A DNA stretch of 64,000 nucleotides, taken from contig CAXXXF010000004.1 in assembly GCA_963667175.2 (NCBI GenBank), positions 18,361-82,360 of the forward strand. The letters are read 5' to 3'. Positions within the stretch are counted from its first letter, which is position 1; every line of letters begins with the position of its first letter. Of this stretch, positions 37,046 through 47,470 are shown in pieces. Source of the stretch: Candidatus Latescibacterota bacterium (GTDB lineage: Bacteria; Latescibacterota; UBA2968; GCA-2709665). Made by a program: the position numbers and the translations under genes. The notes below the pieces were generated by a model. The model saw only the letters and a program-made list of their open reading frames with translations, had not been told where the DNA came from and ran no database searches.

Positions 37046-38806
37046 ATGTCAAAGGTGAATCCCAATGGGTTGACCGTTTCGATCGAGACGCCCATGCCGC
37101 CGCCGGAATGGGCGTTGCTCGAACGTGCGTTGATCAGGGCACAGACACGGGCCTGCGAGGAATTCTTCAATCGCTACTTCGATGCGCGCGGCTATCTGCA
37201 GTGCGTGCCCCGATGGGGCGGCAACGACGGGCCGGACGACGCGATTGAGAACCTGACGGGCTGGCCCATTCTGCACGCGATTGGCGCGCCGGATTGCATT
37301 CTGGATATGTACAAACTGGGATGGGAAGGACACCTCTTGCAGTATACGGAGGCGAAAACCGTGGAGGTACCGCTCGCCCGGGACGGGATGATCTACAAGG
37401 AGTTTCCGGTGAGCCTGGACTGGTTCCACCACGGCGAGAGCCTGGCCGTCTTCAATCTGCAGGGATTGTCGGATCCGTACGATATGAACTTCAGGCGCCG
37501 GACGCGCCGGTACGCGGGACTCTATATGGATGAGGACCCGCAGGCGAAGAATTACGATCCGGAGCACAGAATCATCCGCAGCCTGTTTACGGGCAGCCGC
37601 GGACCCCTGCTCCGGAAGGCGACGGCGCTGGACTGGGCGGGAGACCCCATCGAAGTGGAGGGGCGGTTCGATCCCGCGCACGGTGAGCGCACTTTCGAGG
37701 AAATGCTGGCGCATTTCGAGGATTATACGGACGTGGTAGGCGACCATCCCATCAATCTGGCGGCCACGACCCTCGGCCTCAACGCTTTTATGGTCGATGC
37801 GGAGGAAAAATACAGGGACTGGGTCGTCGACTACGTGGACGCCTGGGCGGAACGGGCCGCCGCGAACAACGGCATCCTCCCCAGCAATATCGGACTGGAC
37901 GGCACGATCGGCGGCGAGTGCGACGGCAAGTGGTATGGCGGGTGTTACGGCTGGGGGTTCACGGTGGTCGTCCCCCAAACGGGTGAACTGGCCAACAGGA
38001 ATGCGATTTCCCGGGGCGTCGCGGGCTTCGGCAACGCCCTTTTGTTGACGGGCGAACAGAAATACGTGGACGTATGGCGCGGGATGCTCGCGGCCGTGAA
38101 CGCGAACACCCGCACGGTGGACGGAAGAACGATGTACCCGCACATGTGTGGCGACGACGGCTGGTACGACTATCAGGAGTCGCCCTACAATCAGGGCGCG
38201 CTGGACGTCTACTACTGGTCGATGGATCGTGCGGATCTGAAATACGTGCCGGAAAACGCGTGGCTGAAGTTTCTGGATGGAGAGAACGGGGGATTTGCCG
38301 AGGCGTCGCTACGCCGGGAATTCGCGTCCATCCGCGAAAAGGTGAACGGCCTGCGCGCGGACACCAGTACCCCCGATACCCGGATGTCGGACGATACGCT
38401 GAAGTTCAATCCGGCCATCAACAGCTGTCTGACCCAGTTGATGCTGGGTGGATTGAACCCCCGGTACGGCGAACCGCTGCACTGCCGCCTGCGGTACTTC
38501 GACCCCGCGCGGCGGCGGGCCGGGATACCCGCGGACGTGGCTGCGCTCGTCGAGGGGCTGACGGACGAAACGGCCACGGTCTCGCTCATGAACGTGAATC
38601 CGGTGGATCATCGGACCGTGATCGTCCAGGCAGGGGCCTATGCCGAGCACCAGGTGACCGCGGTCGAGGCTGATGGAAGGACTCAATCCGTGGATTGTCC
38701 CTTCTTCACGGTACGACTGGCGCCCGGAAGCGGCAGCCGGCTCGTGGTCGCCACGAAGCGGTACGTGAACCCGCCGACGTTTGTTTTTCCATGGGACAGG
38801 GAATAA
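37046..38806 (+). CDS. Conserved hypothetical protein (possibly carbohydrate-active; fold not recognised)
   Basis: 586-aa ORF with coding-like composition and a GAGAGGA RBS. First gene of the long plus-strand cluster. No motif I can assign. Confidence 0.7.
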   Translation: MSKVNPNGLTVSIETPMPPPEWALLERALIRAQTRACEEFFNRYFDARGYLQCVPRWGGNDGPDDAIENLTGWPILHAIGAPDCILDMYKLGWEGHLLQYTEAKTVEVPLARDGMIYKEFPVSLDWFHHGESLAVFNLQGLSDPYDMNFRRRTRRYAGLYMDEDPQAKNYDPEHRIIRSLFTGSRGPLLRKATALDWAGDPIEVEGRFDPAHGERTFEEMLAHFEDYTDVVGDHPINLAATTLGLNAFMVDAEEKYRDWVVDYVDAWAERAAANNGILPSNIGLDGTIGGECDGKWYGGCYGWGFTVVVPQTGELANRNAISRGVAGFGNALLLTGEQKYVDVWRGMLAAVNANTRTVDGRTMYPHMCGDDGWYDYQESPYNQGALDVYYWSMDRADLKYVPENAWLKFLDGENGGFAEASLRREFASIREKVNGLRADTSTPDTRMSDDTLKFNPAINSCLTQLMLGGLNPRYGEPLHCRLRYFDPARRRAGIPADVAALVEGLTDETATVSLMNVNPVDHRTVIVQAGAYAEHQVTAVEADGRTQSVDCPFFTVRLAPGSGSRLVVATKRYVNPPTFVFPWDRE

Positions 38807-38807
38807 G

Positions 38808-39024
38808 TAGCTGTCAGGCGTTAGCTGTCAGCGGTCAACTCCCCGCCCGACCACCCCCAAGGCACTCTGGCTCCGCTCCTCCTTTCCGTCCGGGAGAGGG
38901 ACCGGTTTCCCGGGAGCGAGGGCATCTTGCCGTCGTTGCGCCCGTAATAGCCCTGCCGTTTCACGGCGCTCACGTCAACGAATTGAGATTTTGATTCAAG
39001 CTGAAAGCTGACCGCTGATAGCTG
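38808..39024. mobile_element. MITE-like element, family B (TIRs built from CAGCTGTCAGC/GCTGACAGCTG-type units)
   Basis: Left GTAGCTGTCAGGCGTTAGCTGTCAGCGGTCAAC; right ...GCTGAAAGCTGACCGCTGATAGCTG (inverted). Related to 47471-47769. Confidence 0.5.
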
Positions 39025-39113
39025 TTTTTGCTGCATTTCGACGGCCACGGGAGCGGTCGTCCTTAAAGGTATCTTGAAATTGTCGTTACGTTCAAACCTT
39101 CGGAGGATTTGAA

Positions 39114-39956
39114 ATGCGTCTGGATATCGAAAGATGGCGCCGCCGGCCCAAGATCGACGTGCATTGCCACGTCTGGAATCTTGGGAACGAGGCGGACGAA
39201 GCGACGTCCGCCGAGCGGCTGATCTCGACGGGCGACATGCTGGGCATCACTGAATTCTGGTGTTCGTCGCCCATTACGGGCGGACGGCTTGCCGGTATCG
39301 AAGAAGTACGCGCGGAGAACGATGCCGTGCTGCGGGCCATGAAACGCTTTCCCGACCGTATCCGGGGTCTGTGTTTCGTCATTCCGGGACATTATCGGCA
39401 CGCGTTGGACGAGATTGACCGTTGCCTGGACGCGGGAATGATCGGCCTGAAACTCTACAACCAGTACCGCATCGACGATCCGGCCGTGTTTCCGGTCATC
39501 GAACGCATCATCGAGCGCAAGGTCCCGCTCCTGGAGCACGCGGGTCTCCCCACCTCCAGGGAATTCCTGGACGCGCAGCCGCTGATCTCCAACGGACGCC
39601 ACTTTGCCGCAATGAATCGTCGGTATCCGGAAGCGATGGTCATCCACGCGCACATCGGCGGCGGCGGCGACTGGGAAAACACCATTCGCGCGATGCGGGG
39701 CACCTCGCGCAGCCTGGTCTGCGACGTCAGCGGCAGCAATCTGGACGACGGGCAGGTCGAGTTGGCGGTGGCCGAAATGGGCGCCGACCGGGTGCTGTTC
39801 GGCACCGACGGGACCATGACCGGAAGCGTGGGAAAGGTTATCGACGCAACGCTGACGGACGAGGAAAAGGACATGATTTTCTGGGACAACGCGGAGCGGA
39901 TTCTGGCCGCGCAGGGCGCGGCGCCGCTACGGACGGGGAAGGAGGCCGTGGCATGA
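39114..39956 (+). CDS. Amidohydrolase-family metal-dependent hydrolase (TIM barrel)
   Basis: 280 aa, GGAGGA RBS. N-terminal IDVHCHVW (HxH), later HAHIGGG, FGTDG. Confidence 0.8.
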   Translation: MRLDIERWRRRPKIDVHCHVWNLGNEADEATSAERLISTGDMLGITEFWCSSPITGGRLAGIEEVRAENDAVLRAMKRFPDRIRGLCFVIPGHYRHALDEIDRCLDAGMIGLKLYNQYRIDDPAVFPVIERIIERKVPLLEHAGLPTSREFLDAQPLISNGRHFAAMNRRYPEAMVIHAHIGGGGDWENTIRAMRGTSRSLVCDVSGSNLDDGQVELAVAEMGADRVLFGTDGTMTGSVGKVIDATLTDEEKDMIFWDNAERILAAQGAAPLRTGKEAVA

Positions 39957-40753
39957 AGGTTATTGATCTCAACGCCTGGTTGGGTTCGTGGCCTTTTCGG
40001 GGGCTGCGGGACAATACGCCCGACACACTGATCCGGCGGCTGGAACGGGCCGGCATCGATACCGCCGCCGTCTCCCGGATCGAGGCGATACTGCACCGGA
40101 GCGTCCAACCGGCAAACGAACGGCTGGCGGAGGACCTGGAGGGGTCTACCGATCGGTTGATCGCAATGGCAACGATCAACGCGGCCGACGCGAACTGGGA
40201 GGGCGACCTGCGCCGGTGTCACGAAGACCTGGGCATGAAGGGCGCACGTCTGTTCCCGCAATATCATGGGTTCGACGTGGACGGACCCGAGGCGCGCAAG
40301 GTCGTGGCGGCGTGTGTGGAACGATCGCTTCCCGTGTTCATTCCCCACCGGATCGAGGACGTCCGGCAGCGGCACTGGATGGATCCGGGACGGACGTTGG
40401 ATCTCGATGGCGCGGCGAACCTGATCGCCGCGGTATCCGGGGCGACAATCGTGATCCCCAATGCGCGGGGTATTGCTGATTCCCCCGTGTGGCGACGACA
40501 AGACATTCGAGACCGTGACTGGTATTTCGACCTCTCCCTCGCTGAAGTCCACTACTCATTGAACCGAAACGTGAACGACCTGGGAGATCTGGCGAATTTC
40601 ATCGAACAGGGCGGCGCGGGCCACCTCGTATTCGGCACGCACGCGCCGTTCTCTTATCCCTCCGCCGCGACGGTGAAGTGTGCGGTGTTGCCCGTGGATG
40701 AGGAAACGCTGGAAGAAATCTGCCACAAGCGGGCGGAACGAATGTTGAGTTGA
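39953..40753 (+). CDS. Amidohydrolase-related protein (second subunit/paralog)
   Basis: 266 aa from ATG 39953, overlapping the upstream stop (ATGA). MKVIDLNAWLGSWPF..., ...FGTHAPF. The ORF-track start 39422 lies inside the previous gene. Confidence 0.7.
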   Translation: MKVIDLNAWLGSWPFRGLRDNTPDTLIRRLERAGIDTAAVSRIEAILHRSVQPANERLAEDLEGSTDRLIAMATINAADANWEGDLRRCHEDLGMKGARLFPQYHGFDVDGPEARKVVAACVERSLPVFIPHRIEDVRQRHWMDPGRTLDLDGAANLIAAVSGATIVIPNARGIADSPVWRRQDIRDRDWYFDLSLAEVHYSLNRNVNDLGDLANFIEQGGAGHLVFGTHAPFSYPSAATVKCAVLPVDEETLEEICHKRAERMLS

Positions 40754-40778
40754 TATTCTGTTTAAGGAGCGACAAGGC

Positions 40779-43193
40779 GTGGTAACGGCTGACATGATCA
40801 CCCGTCTGGAAGGCGCGTGCATACCCGCCGTCGAGACCCCGATGAGCCGGCGATATCTGCGGATGGCGCAGAAGTGGCTTCCCACCGCGCTGAGCTATTT
40901 CCAGGATTGGGGGGAGCGCCCCAACTGCGGACACTTTTTCGGCGGCGTCCATTGGTACGGCATAGAGACGGCCGTCCCGCTGCACGCCCTGGCCGCGGTG
41001 GGCGCCTCGCCGGAGTACGACGAAAAGACAACGGGACTCTCCATCGACGACCTCCGGGAGGTCGTCATAAAGGCCATCCGATACCTTTGTTTCACGCACG
41101 ACACGGGCCCCGAGGAATGCCTGCGGCCGTCAATCGGACTGGGCATGCCGCGGTCCTGGGGCACCAAGTGGGGGGAACGGGGTCGGGGGTTCTTCCCGGA
41201 GAGCCAGTGCGGCGGGACCGTCGCGAATATGACCTCCGCCTCCCTCATGCTGCAGCAGTACGTGGACGACGAAACGCGGATGATGCTGGCGGGAATCTGC
41301 CTGGACTATCTCGAACGGTTCGGAGACATGGCGCCGAAGAGCGGGGTATTCGCCGATACGCAGATGGAAGAGAACGCGTGGACGGCGCACGGCCTGGCGG
41401 CGTGTTATCTGTTTCTGTCCGGACACGAGCATGCGGAAGCCTGGGAAACCTGCGCACGACGATGGATGTTTTCGGCATGCGCGGCGCCGCAGGACAGGTT
41501 CAACGAGGGGGCGCTGGAATCCGGGTTGACGGCCGCTGCGCTGACCGGCAAGACGTTTACCACGCTGCCGGACTACATGGCGGAGAACCACGGGATGGTC
41601 CACCCCGGGTACACCGCCTCCGGGGTCCAGTCGGTGGCCGCCCTGGGTTTGCTCTACCGGATGTACGGAAGGACCGAACCTCCGGAGGCCTACTGGAACC
41701 GCCAGCGCGTCTACGATGCGATTAAACTGCTGACGGACGAGACCGGATCGGCGATGCCGACACAGGGGATGGACCGGCTGTATCTGGGAGAACAACACGC
41801 GCTGCACGCATCGGCTTATCTGTTTCTGAAGGACCCCGATGCCGGGTATTTCGAGGAAGTTTCACTTGCGCTGAGAGAAAAAAAGCAGGAAGGGAACGGC
41901 GGGCGGTTGATTGATCCCGTCGTTTCGGCAACCTGCCACGAGGTGGAAGACCCCATGGAGATCAAGGAATCGGAGATGATCGCCTTGATCGTGAAGCCCT
42001 ACCTCCTGCACCGGCTGATGGATGCGGAAGCGCCGGCGCCGACGTCCGCCGAGGAGATCGCGAGCAAGTTCAATGGCGTCCGATTGTTCCCGCATTCGGG
42101 ATTCGTACATCACCGACACATGAAGGGACAGAATTCCCTCTCCTGGCGAAATTACATGATGGCGCTGCCGTTCACGCGCGACGGCGTGCATACAGTCGGG
42201 CCCAGCCGGTGGAGTCTGCTGGCCAACGTGACCGTGAAGGACCGCCCGGAAAGCCACGACTTAATTGTGATGGAGGTGAACCGGAAGGACGACGGCTTTG
42301 CGGCGTTGATGGTCAACCATCGGGCCCAGGACGCCATTCGCCAGCGCGTGTTGTGCTGCTCGCTTCCGGACGGACGAATGGTGGTCAGTGAACAACTCGA
42401 TGCGTTGGAAGACTGTATCGTAGAGCGGCTCGATCAGGGATTCATCAGAGTCGTCAACGAGAACTTCCCGCTTGTCGGCGGCGCGTGCGACGGAAAGCGA
42501 ATTTTATATCATGCGAACGGAGCCGAGACGTTTCCGGGGTTTCCAGGCAACGATCCCGACGCCGACGTCGTGTTCGACCTGCGCGATCCGGGGTGGCTGA
42601 ACGTGGACGATCAGCTGGGGATCGTCTTCAAAGGGACCGGCGGGACCCGCTACGTGAACCGCCACTATTTTCCGCCGTTCGCGTTCAGGGCGGTGGCCGA
42701 CGATCTGTTCCTGAGTCTGGACGAGACGGCGAAGGAGTGCCGCGCCGGCGAGCAGGTGGGCGCGCTGGCGATGCTGATCTGTCCCGAGCAGCCTCACGAG
42801 GAAACGCCGGCCCAGTTCCTGAGCGTCGCCGACTCGTCCGATGATACGGTCGGTCTGATCGTGGACGGATATCTGTGCGCCGGCAACTTCGGAACGACGC
42901 GGAAGTTGTGCACGTTTGAGACCGTCGCCGGGAGTGGGGCGCCGGTTTTCGGAAGTACCACCCGTGTATCGGGACAGCGCGTCGAGTATACAGTGCCAAT
43001 CGAAGGAGGAGCGGCCGTCTACGCGAAGGAGGTGCTGAAGGTCCGGACCGACGGCGATATCCGGATCGAAACGGTCCCCGGCGGCAGCGCATACGTCACC
43101 AACGAAGCGGGACGCAGCGTGAAAGTGAATATTCAGAAAGGCGGCAGAGAACGCGAATTGTGTCTGGACGTGGGCCAGGTGGCGCCCGTATGA
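40779..43193 (+). CDS. Large conserved hypothetical protein, paralog 1 of 2
   Basis: 804 aa (GTG 40779, AAGGAG 9 nt upstream). Shares long identical runs with 47793-50207: CGHFFGGVHWYG, SPEYDEK, RYLCFTHD, TKWGERG, MAPKSG, DTQMEENAWT, PDY.AENHGMVHP.YTASGV. Confidence 0.8.
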   Translation: MVTADMITRLEGACIPAVETPMSRRYLRMAQKWLPTALSYFQDWGERPNCGHFFGGVHWYGIETAVPLHALAAVGASPEYDEKTTGLSIDDLREVVIKAIRYLCFTHDTGPEECLRPSIGLGMPRSWGTKWGERGRGFFPESQCGGTVANMTSASLMLQQYVDDETRMMLAGICLDYLERFGDMAPKSGVFADTQMEENAWTAHGLAACYLFLSGHEHAEAWETCARRWMFSACAAPQDRFNEGALESGLTAAALTGKTFTTLPDYMAENHGMVHPGYTASGVQSVAALGLLYRMYGRTEPPEAYWNRQRVYDAIKLLTDETGSAMPTQGMDRLYLGEQHALHASAYLFLKDPDAGYFEEVSLALREKKQEGNGGRLIDPVVSATCHEVEDPMEIKESEMIALIVKPYLLHRLMDAEAPAPTSAEEIASKFNGVRLFPHSGFVHHRHMKGQNSLSWRNYMMALPFTRDGVHTVGPSRWSLLANVTVKDRPESHDLIVMEVNRKDDGFAALMVNHRAQDAIRQRVLCCSLPDGRMVVSEQLDALEDCIVERLDQGFIRVVNENFPLVGGACDGKRILYHANGAETFPGFPGNDPDADVVFDLRDPGWLNVDDQLGIVFKGTGGTRYVNRHYFPPFAFRAVADDLFLSLDETAKECRAGEQVGALAMLICPEQPHEETPAQFLSVADSSDDTVGLIVDGYLCAGNFGTTRKLCTFETVAGSGAPVFGSTTRVSGQRVEYTVPIEGGAAVYAKEVLKVRTDGDIRIETVPGGSAYVTNEAGRSVKVNIQKGGRERELCLDVGQVAPV

Positions 43194-43241
43194 GATCGGG
43201 AGCACAATCCCGGCGGGACGGTCGATGATACGTACCTGCTG

Positions 43242-43331
43242 GGTCACGGCCTTACGACACACGCCGCTTCGCACCGAACCCTTTTATGCTTTTTGTGGCC
43301 AATTTGACGGTTATCTTTTTTCGAATTGAGG
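43242..43331. repeat. ~95-bp intergenic repeat, copy 2
   Basis: Matches 19050-19148. Its 3' end (CGAATTGAGGG) supplies the SD-like sequence 5 nt before the mlrC-like ATG. Confidence 0.75.
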
Positions 43332-43335
43332 GTAA

Positions 43336-44724
43336 ATGCGACTGGCGATTTGCGGGATCAGGCATGAAACGAACACGTTTTCGCCGCTTCGGGCGGGTAT
43401 TGAGGACTTTCGCGTTTTACGCGGGGATGAAGTCATGGCCGACGTCCCCCGGCAGGCGTTCGACAACGTCGAATGGTCGCCAACGCTGGTCTCGAAGGCG
43501 CAGCCGCATGGGCTGGTCCTCCAGGAGGCGTACGAGTCCATGGCAGCGGAGATGGTGGATCGTCTGCGCCGGGCATTTCCGCTGGACGGCGTGTACCTGG
43601 ACCTGCACGGGGCAATGGAGGTGGAGGACGTTGGCGACGGGGAGCGCGACCTGGTCTGCCGCGTGCGCGAGACGGTCGGCGACGAGATTCCGATCGTCGC
43701 AAGCCTGGATCTGCACGCCAATCTGGCGCCCGAGGTCGTGGAGAAGACCAATGTACTCACCGCGCTGCGGACCGCGCCCCACGTGGACCGGCGCGAGACC
43801 CAGGTACGCGCGATCGGACATCTGGTCCGCTGCGTAAAGGAAGGCGTCCGGCCGCTGAATGCCATCGTAAGGCTGCCCATGCTGCTTCCGGGCGAACACG
43901 CGGCTACGGGGGTGGAGCCCGCCCGGTCTCTGTACGCGGGGCTTCAGGACGTGGAAGCGCAGTCCGACGTTCTGGACGCGTCGCTCATGATCGGGTGCGC
44001 GTGGACCGACTCGCCGTATACATCGGTGGCCTCGATCGTGGTTTCGGAGAATCGCGACGCGGCGGGGGAGCAGGCGGAACGCATGGCGCGGAGAATCTGG
44101 CTGCGGCGCGATGAATTCGCGCCGGACGTGGTGACGCTGCCCGTGGAAGACGTCGTTCGCCAAGCGATCCGCGAGACCCGCTTTCCCGTATTTCTTTCCG
44201 ACTCGGGAGACAACGTCACGGCAGGGGCGGCGGGGGACGTCCCGGTGGTCCTTAAGGCGCTGCTGGACGCGGGCGCAAGAGACGCGGTTGTCGCGGGGAT
44301 CGCTGACGCCAAGGCCGTGGCGCGGTGTCTTGAAGGGGGGATCGGGGCTGGACTGACCCTGAACGTGGGCGGCAAGCTCGACAGGATAAACGGTTCTCCT
44401 CTGGAGGTAACGGGCCGGGTCGTCTCCACGAATCCGCCGCGGATTGCCGTGTTTCTGGTGGAGGACGTCAGGGTCGTGTTGACTGCCGACCGCATGCCGT
44501 TCCTGGACCTGCGGGCCTTTGCAGAGGCCAACGTGGATCCCGCTGCACACGAGATCGTGGTTGTAAAACACGGATATCTCGCCCCGGAACTGCGGGAAGT
44601 CGCCGGCACGGCGCTGATGGCGATCAGCCCGGGGTGTACGACCCTGGCACTGGAGACATTGCCCTACAAACGGATTCGACGGCCCGTGTTTCCACTGGAC
44701 GAGGACGTCGAATTCCCCGTGTGA
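43336..44724 (+). CDS. M81 family metallopeptidase (MlrC-like)
   Basis: 462 aa. N-terminus MRLAICGIRHETNTFSP and overall length are typical of the MlrC/M81 family. Confidence 0.8.
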   Translation: MRLAICGIRHETNTFSPLRAGIEDFRVLRGDEVMADVPRQAFDNVEWSPTLVSKAQPHGLVLQEAYESMAAEMVDRLRRAFPLDGVYLDLHGAMEVEDVGDGERDLVCRVRETVGDEIPIVASLDLHANLAPEVVEKTNVLTALRTAPHVDRRETQVRAIGHLVRCVKEGVRPLNAIVRLPMLLPGEHAATGVEPARSLYAGLQDVEAQSDVLDASLMIGCAWTDSPYTSVASIVVSENRDAAGEQAERMARRIWLRRDEFAPDVVTLPVEDVVRQAIRETRFPVFLSDSGDNVTAGAAGDVPVVLKALLDAGARDAVVAGIADAKAVARCLEGGIGAGLTLNVGGKLDRINGSPLEVTGRVVSTNPPRIAVFLVEDVRVVLTADRMPFLDLRAFAEANVDPAAHEIVVVKHGYLAPELREVAGTALMAISPGCTTLALETLPYKRIRRPVFPLDEDVEFPV

Positions 44725-47444
44725 TGGACCGCGAAATGATCGTGATCTTAGTGGTGTCGGCCCTGGTGTTTCTGCTGATTCTGATGCCTGGACGTCTTTG
44801 CGCGGGACCCGTGTTTCATCCTGGCGTCGACCAGGGTCATGTTGCGGGTCTCGAGAAGAGCCTGGCGCCCCTTATGGCGCTGACCGAAGACGAGCTTAAG
44901 CGATTGATTCCGGACCGGTCCGGCTTCAGGTTTGTGGACTGTCCGAATTGCGAGGGGGGCGCCGAGGAGAATCAACTGTCGTGGTCGATCGAGGAGCCCG
45001 ACCGGGTCTTCTGCCTGTTCTGCAAGATGCGGTTTCCGAACCCGACGTTTCCCGAAAACGGGGTGATGCGGGTAACCAATCCGCGGGGCGAGGTCCAGGA
45101 GTATCCGTACTGGGAGGCGCCGTTTCCCCCGCCGGCTGAGCTGCCCGGATCGCTCTCGCATTTTGCGCCCGACAGGAAGTACCGGCACTATTTCCGGGCC
45201 AAGGGATGGTACGTGGCCCGGATGTATTTTTCGGATGCGGCCCTTCGTCTCGGAAAGCTGTATTTTCTCACCGGCAAACTGGAATTCGCCCGCAGAGCGG
45301 CGTTGATCCTGGATCGCTTCGCCCATGTCTATCCCGGATACTGCGCACGGTTCGACGCGCCGTTCCGGCCCAAGGTGGTTTTTGAGGGAGACCGGACGTT
45401 CCCCTTTCCGGTGTCACCGTATCTGGCGGCGAAGTGGGACTACTGGGCGTATGGGGATATTCCGTCGAACCTGGTCCTCGCCTACGATCTGATTCGCGAG
45501 AGCGGCCAGGTTGCCGACGGAATGAAGCGGAGAATCGAAGACGATCTGATTCGGGGAAGCGTTTCGTTTGTGCGTTCCTATCCGATTACGCTCAGCAATA
45601 TGGATCCGGCGATCCTGCACGGCCTGATTTCGGCGGGACGGGTCCTTGCCGAGCCCGCGTACGTGCACGACGCGGTGCAATGGATCACCGACCTGATCCG
45701 CAAGCAGTTTTTCGTGGATGGGATGTGGCGGGAAGCGTCGGTCTCGTATCATAATCAGACAGTGGGCGGCCTGGCCGGCGCGATGGACCTGCTGGATGGG
45801 TATAGCGATCCGGAAGGCTATGTTCATCCCGAAACCGGAGCGCGTTACGAGAATCTGGACCTGTCGGACCGGTTCCCGCTCTTCGAAAAGGCGAGGCGGA
45901 TTCCGGATCTTCTGCGATACCCGAACGGGCGCGTGGTTGCGGTACACGATACCTGGGCGCGGGAGCATCGTGCGCCCACCGAATGCTCCCGCCCTTATCT
46001 GCTTGGCGGCGCGGGGCACGCCTGGCTTGGTCGCGGCGATGGCGCGAATCAGATTCAGGCTCACCTGCACTTTTCCGGCGCGTACGGTCACGCGCACGCG
46101 GACCTGTTGAGCATTACGCTGTTTTCTCATGGTCAGGAGCGGCTGTCCGACATAGGATACACCTGGACCCACCAGCGGCAGTGGGCGTCCAGCACGCTGT
46201 CACACAGCACCGTGGTCGTGAACGGCGAGGACCAGGCGCGAGGCAATGAAAACAACCCTTCCGATGGCAACCTGCTGTTGTTTGTGCCGGGTAACAGCGG
46301 GTTTCAGGCGGTGGCCGCGCAGGGCAACCGGGCGTATCCCGGGGTCGTACAGGATTACAGTAGATTGCTGGTGCTGATCGGCGTTTCGGCGCGGGACGCG
46401 TATCTGGTTGATGTGTTTCGCGTGGACGGCGGAGCGCGGCACGAATACGTGCTTGTGGGAGACGCGAACAACGACGGCGCTATCGAGACGGACCTGGAAC
46501 GGTCGGCCTACGGCGAGACGCTGCTGCCGCCCGACGTGAAGGTTGTGCTGCCCAGCGGGGAAACCGTACCGGGATATGCCGAGGGACACAACTTCGTCTA
46601 CGCGTACGTGGGAGACGTCAACCGAGCGGAAATTGCGGCGCCGTGGCAGGTGATCTTTACGAGCGACGGCGAGCCGACGGGCGGGGTCCGCGTCCATGGG
46701 GTCTCGGAGTTGGACGGGGAACTGCTCTTCGGGAGCATGCCGTCCGTGCGGCGCGCGGAAGAAAGCGAAGCCAGACTGGATGACTATACGATGCCCGCGA
46801 TGATCCACCGGCGGGAGGGGAACGATCTCTCCAGCGGATTCGTGAACGTTCTGGAACCGTTCGGCGAAGCGCCGTTCCTGCGCTCGGTGGAGCGACTGGG
46901 CGCCGATTCCAACGGTGTGGCGCTGAAGATCGTAGGGGAGGACTACACGGATTATATGCTCTGCAACCCGGATGGTAAGCGGATGGTTGCGGGAGACGCG
47001 GTGCTGGATGGCCGGATCGGGTTTGTCCGCGAGCGAGACGGCGGCGTCGAACGGATGACCCTGGTGGGCGGGTCGCTGCTGCAAAAGGGCAACGCCCGAC
47101 TCACGGGAGACGGAATCTATAGAGGTTCGATACAGGAGGTGTTGCGAAAGGAAGCCGGTTCCGACGTCAACGGACTGGTCGTGGCTGGCGGTGTTCCCGA
47201 AGGGGACAGGATGGCAGGTTTGACGGTTGTGGTCAAAGACGGTGCAGGCTTTACGCTGGGGATCGGGTTGGCGGACGTCGTAAAACGGGACGGCCGGACC
47301 GTCCTGGTCCTGGACGACGATCCCGGGTTCGAAATCGACCCGGACGGGACGTCCCGGCATGTCTATTTCCCGCGCCGGACCTGGACCGGAGAGAATCGAT
47401 ACGAGATTATGGACGTGAAACATCTTGTTCGGCCTCCGAAATAG
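44724..47444 (+). CDS. Heparinase II/III-like protein with N-terminal membrane anchor/signal
   Basis: 906 aa from ATG 44724 (overlaps the upstream TGA). Hydrophobic N-terminus IVILVVSALVFLLILMP, a Cys cluster CPNC...CLFC, and Hepar_II_III-like FSGAYGHAHADLLSITLFSHG..LSDIGY...SHSTVVVNGEDQ. Confidence 0.8.
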   Translation: MDREMIVILVVSALVFLLILMPGRLCAGPVFHPGVDQGHVAGLEKSLAPLMALTEDELKRLIPDRSGFRFVDCPNCEGGAEENQLSWSIEEPDRVFCLFCKMRFPNPTFPENGVMRVTNPRGEVQEYPYWEAPFPPPAELPGSLSHFAPDRKYRHYFRAKGWYVARMYFSDAALRLGKLYFLTGKLEFARRAALILDRFAHVYPGYCARFDAPFRPKVVFEGDRTFPFPVSPYLAAKWDYWAYGDIPSNLVLAYDLIRESGQVADGMKRRIEDDLIRGSVSFVRSYPITLSNMDPAILHGLISAGRVLAEPAYVHDAVQWITDLIRKQFFVDGMWREASVSYHNQTVGGLAGAMDLLDGYSDPEGYVHPETGARYENLDLSDRFPLFEKARRIPDLLRYPNGRVVAVHDTWAREHRAPTECSRPYLLGGAGHAWLGRGDGANQIQAHLHFSGAYGHAHADLLSITLFSHGQERLSDIGYTWTHQRQWASSTLSHSTVVVNGEDQARGNENNPSDGNLLLFVPGNSGFQAVAAQGNRAYPGVVQDYSRLLVLIGVSARDAYLVDVFRVDGGARHEYVLVGDANNDGAIETDLERSAYGETLLPPDVKVVLPSGETVPGYAEGHNFVYAYVGDVNRAEIAAPWQVIFTSDGEPTGGVRVHGVSELDGELLFGSMPSVRRAEESEARLDDYTMPAMIHRREGNDLSSGFVNVLEPFGEAPFLRSVERLGADSNGVALKIVGEDYTDYMLCNPDGKRMVAGDAVLDGRIGFVRERDGGVERMTLVGGSLLQKGNARLTGDGIYRGSIQEVLRKEAGSDVNGLVVAGGVPEGDRMAGLTVVVKDGAGFTLGIGLADVVKRDGRTVLVLDDDPGFEIDPDGTSRHVYFPRRTWTGENRYEIMDVKHLVRPPK

Positions 47445-47470
47445 GTCGCCGAAATTCGACGGCTCAGAAG

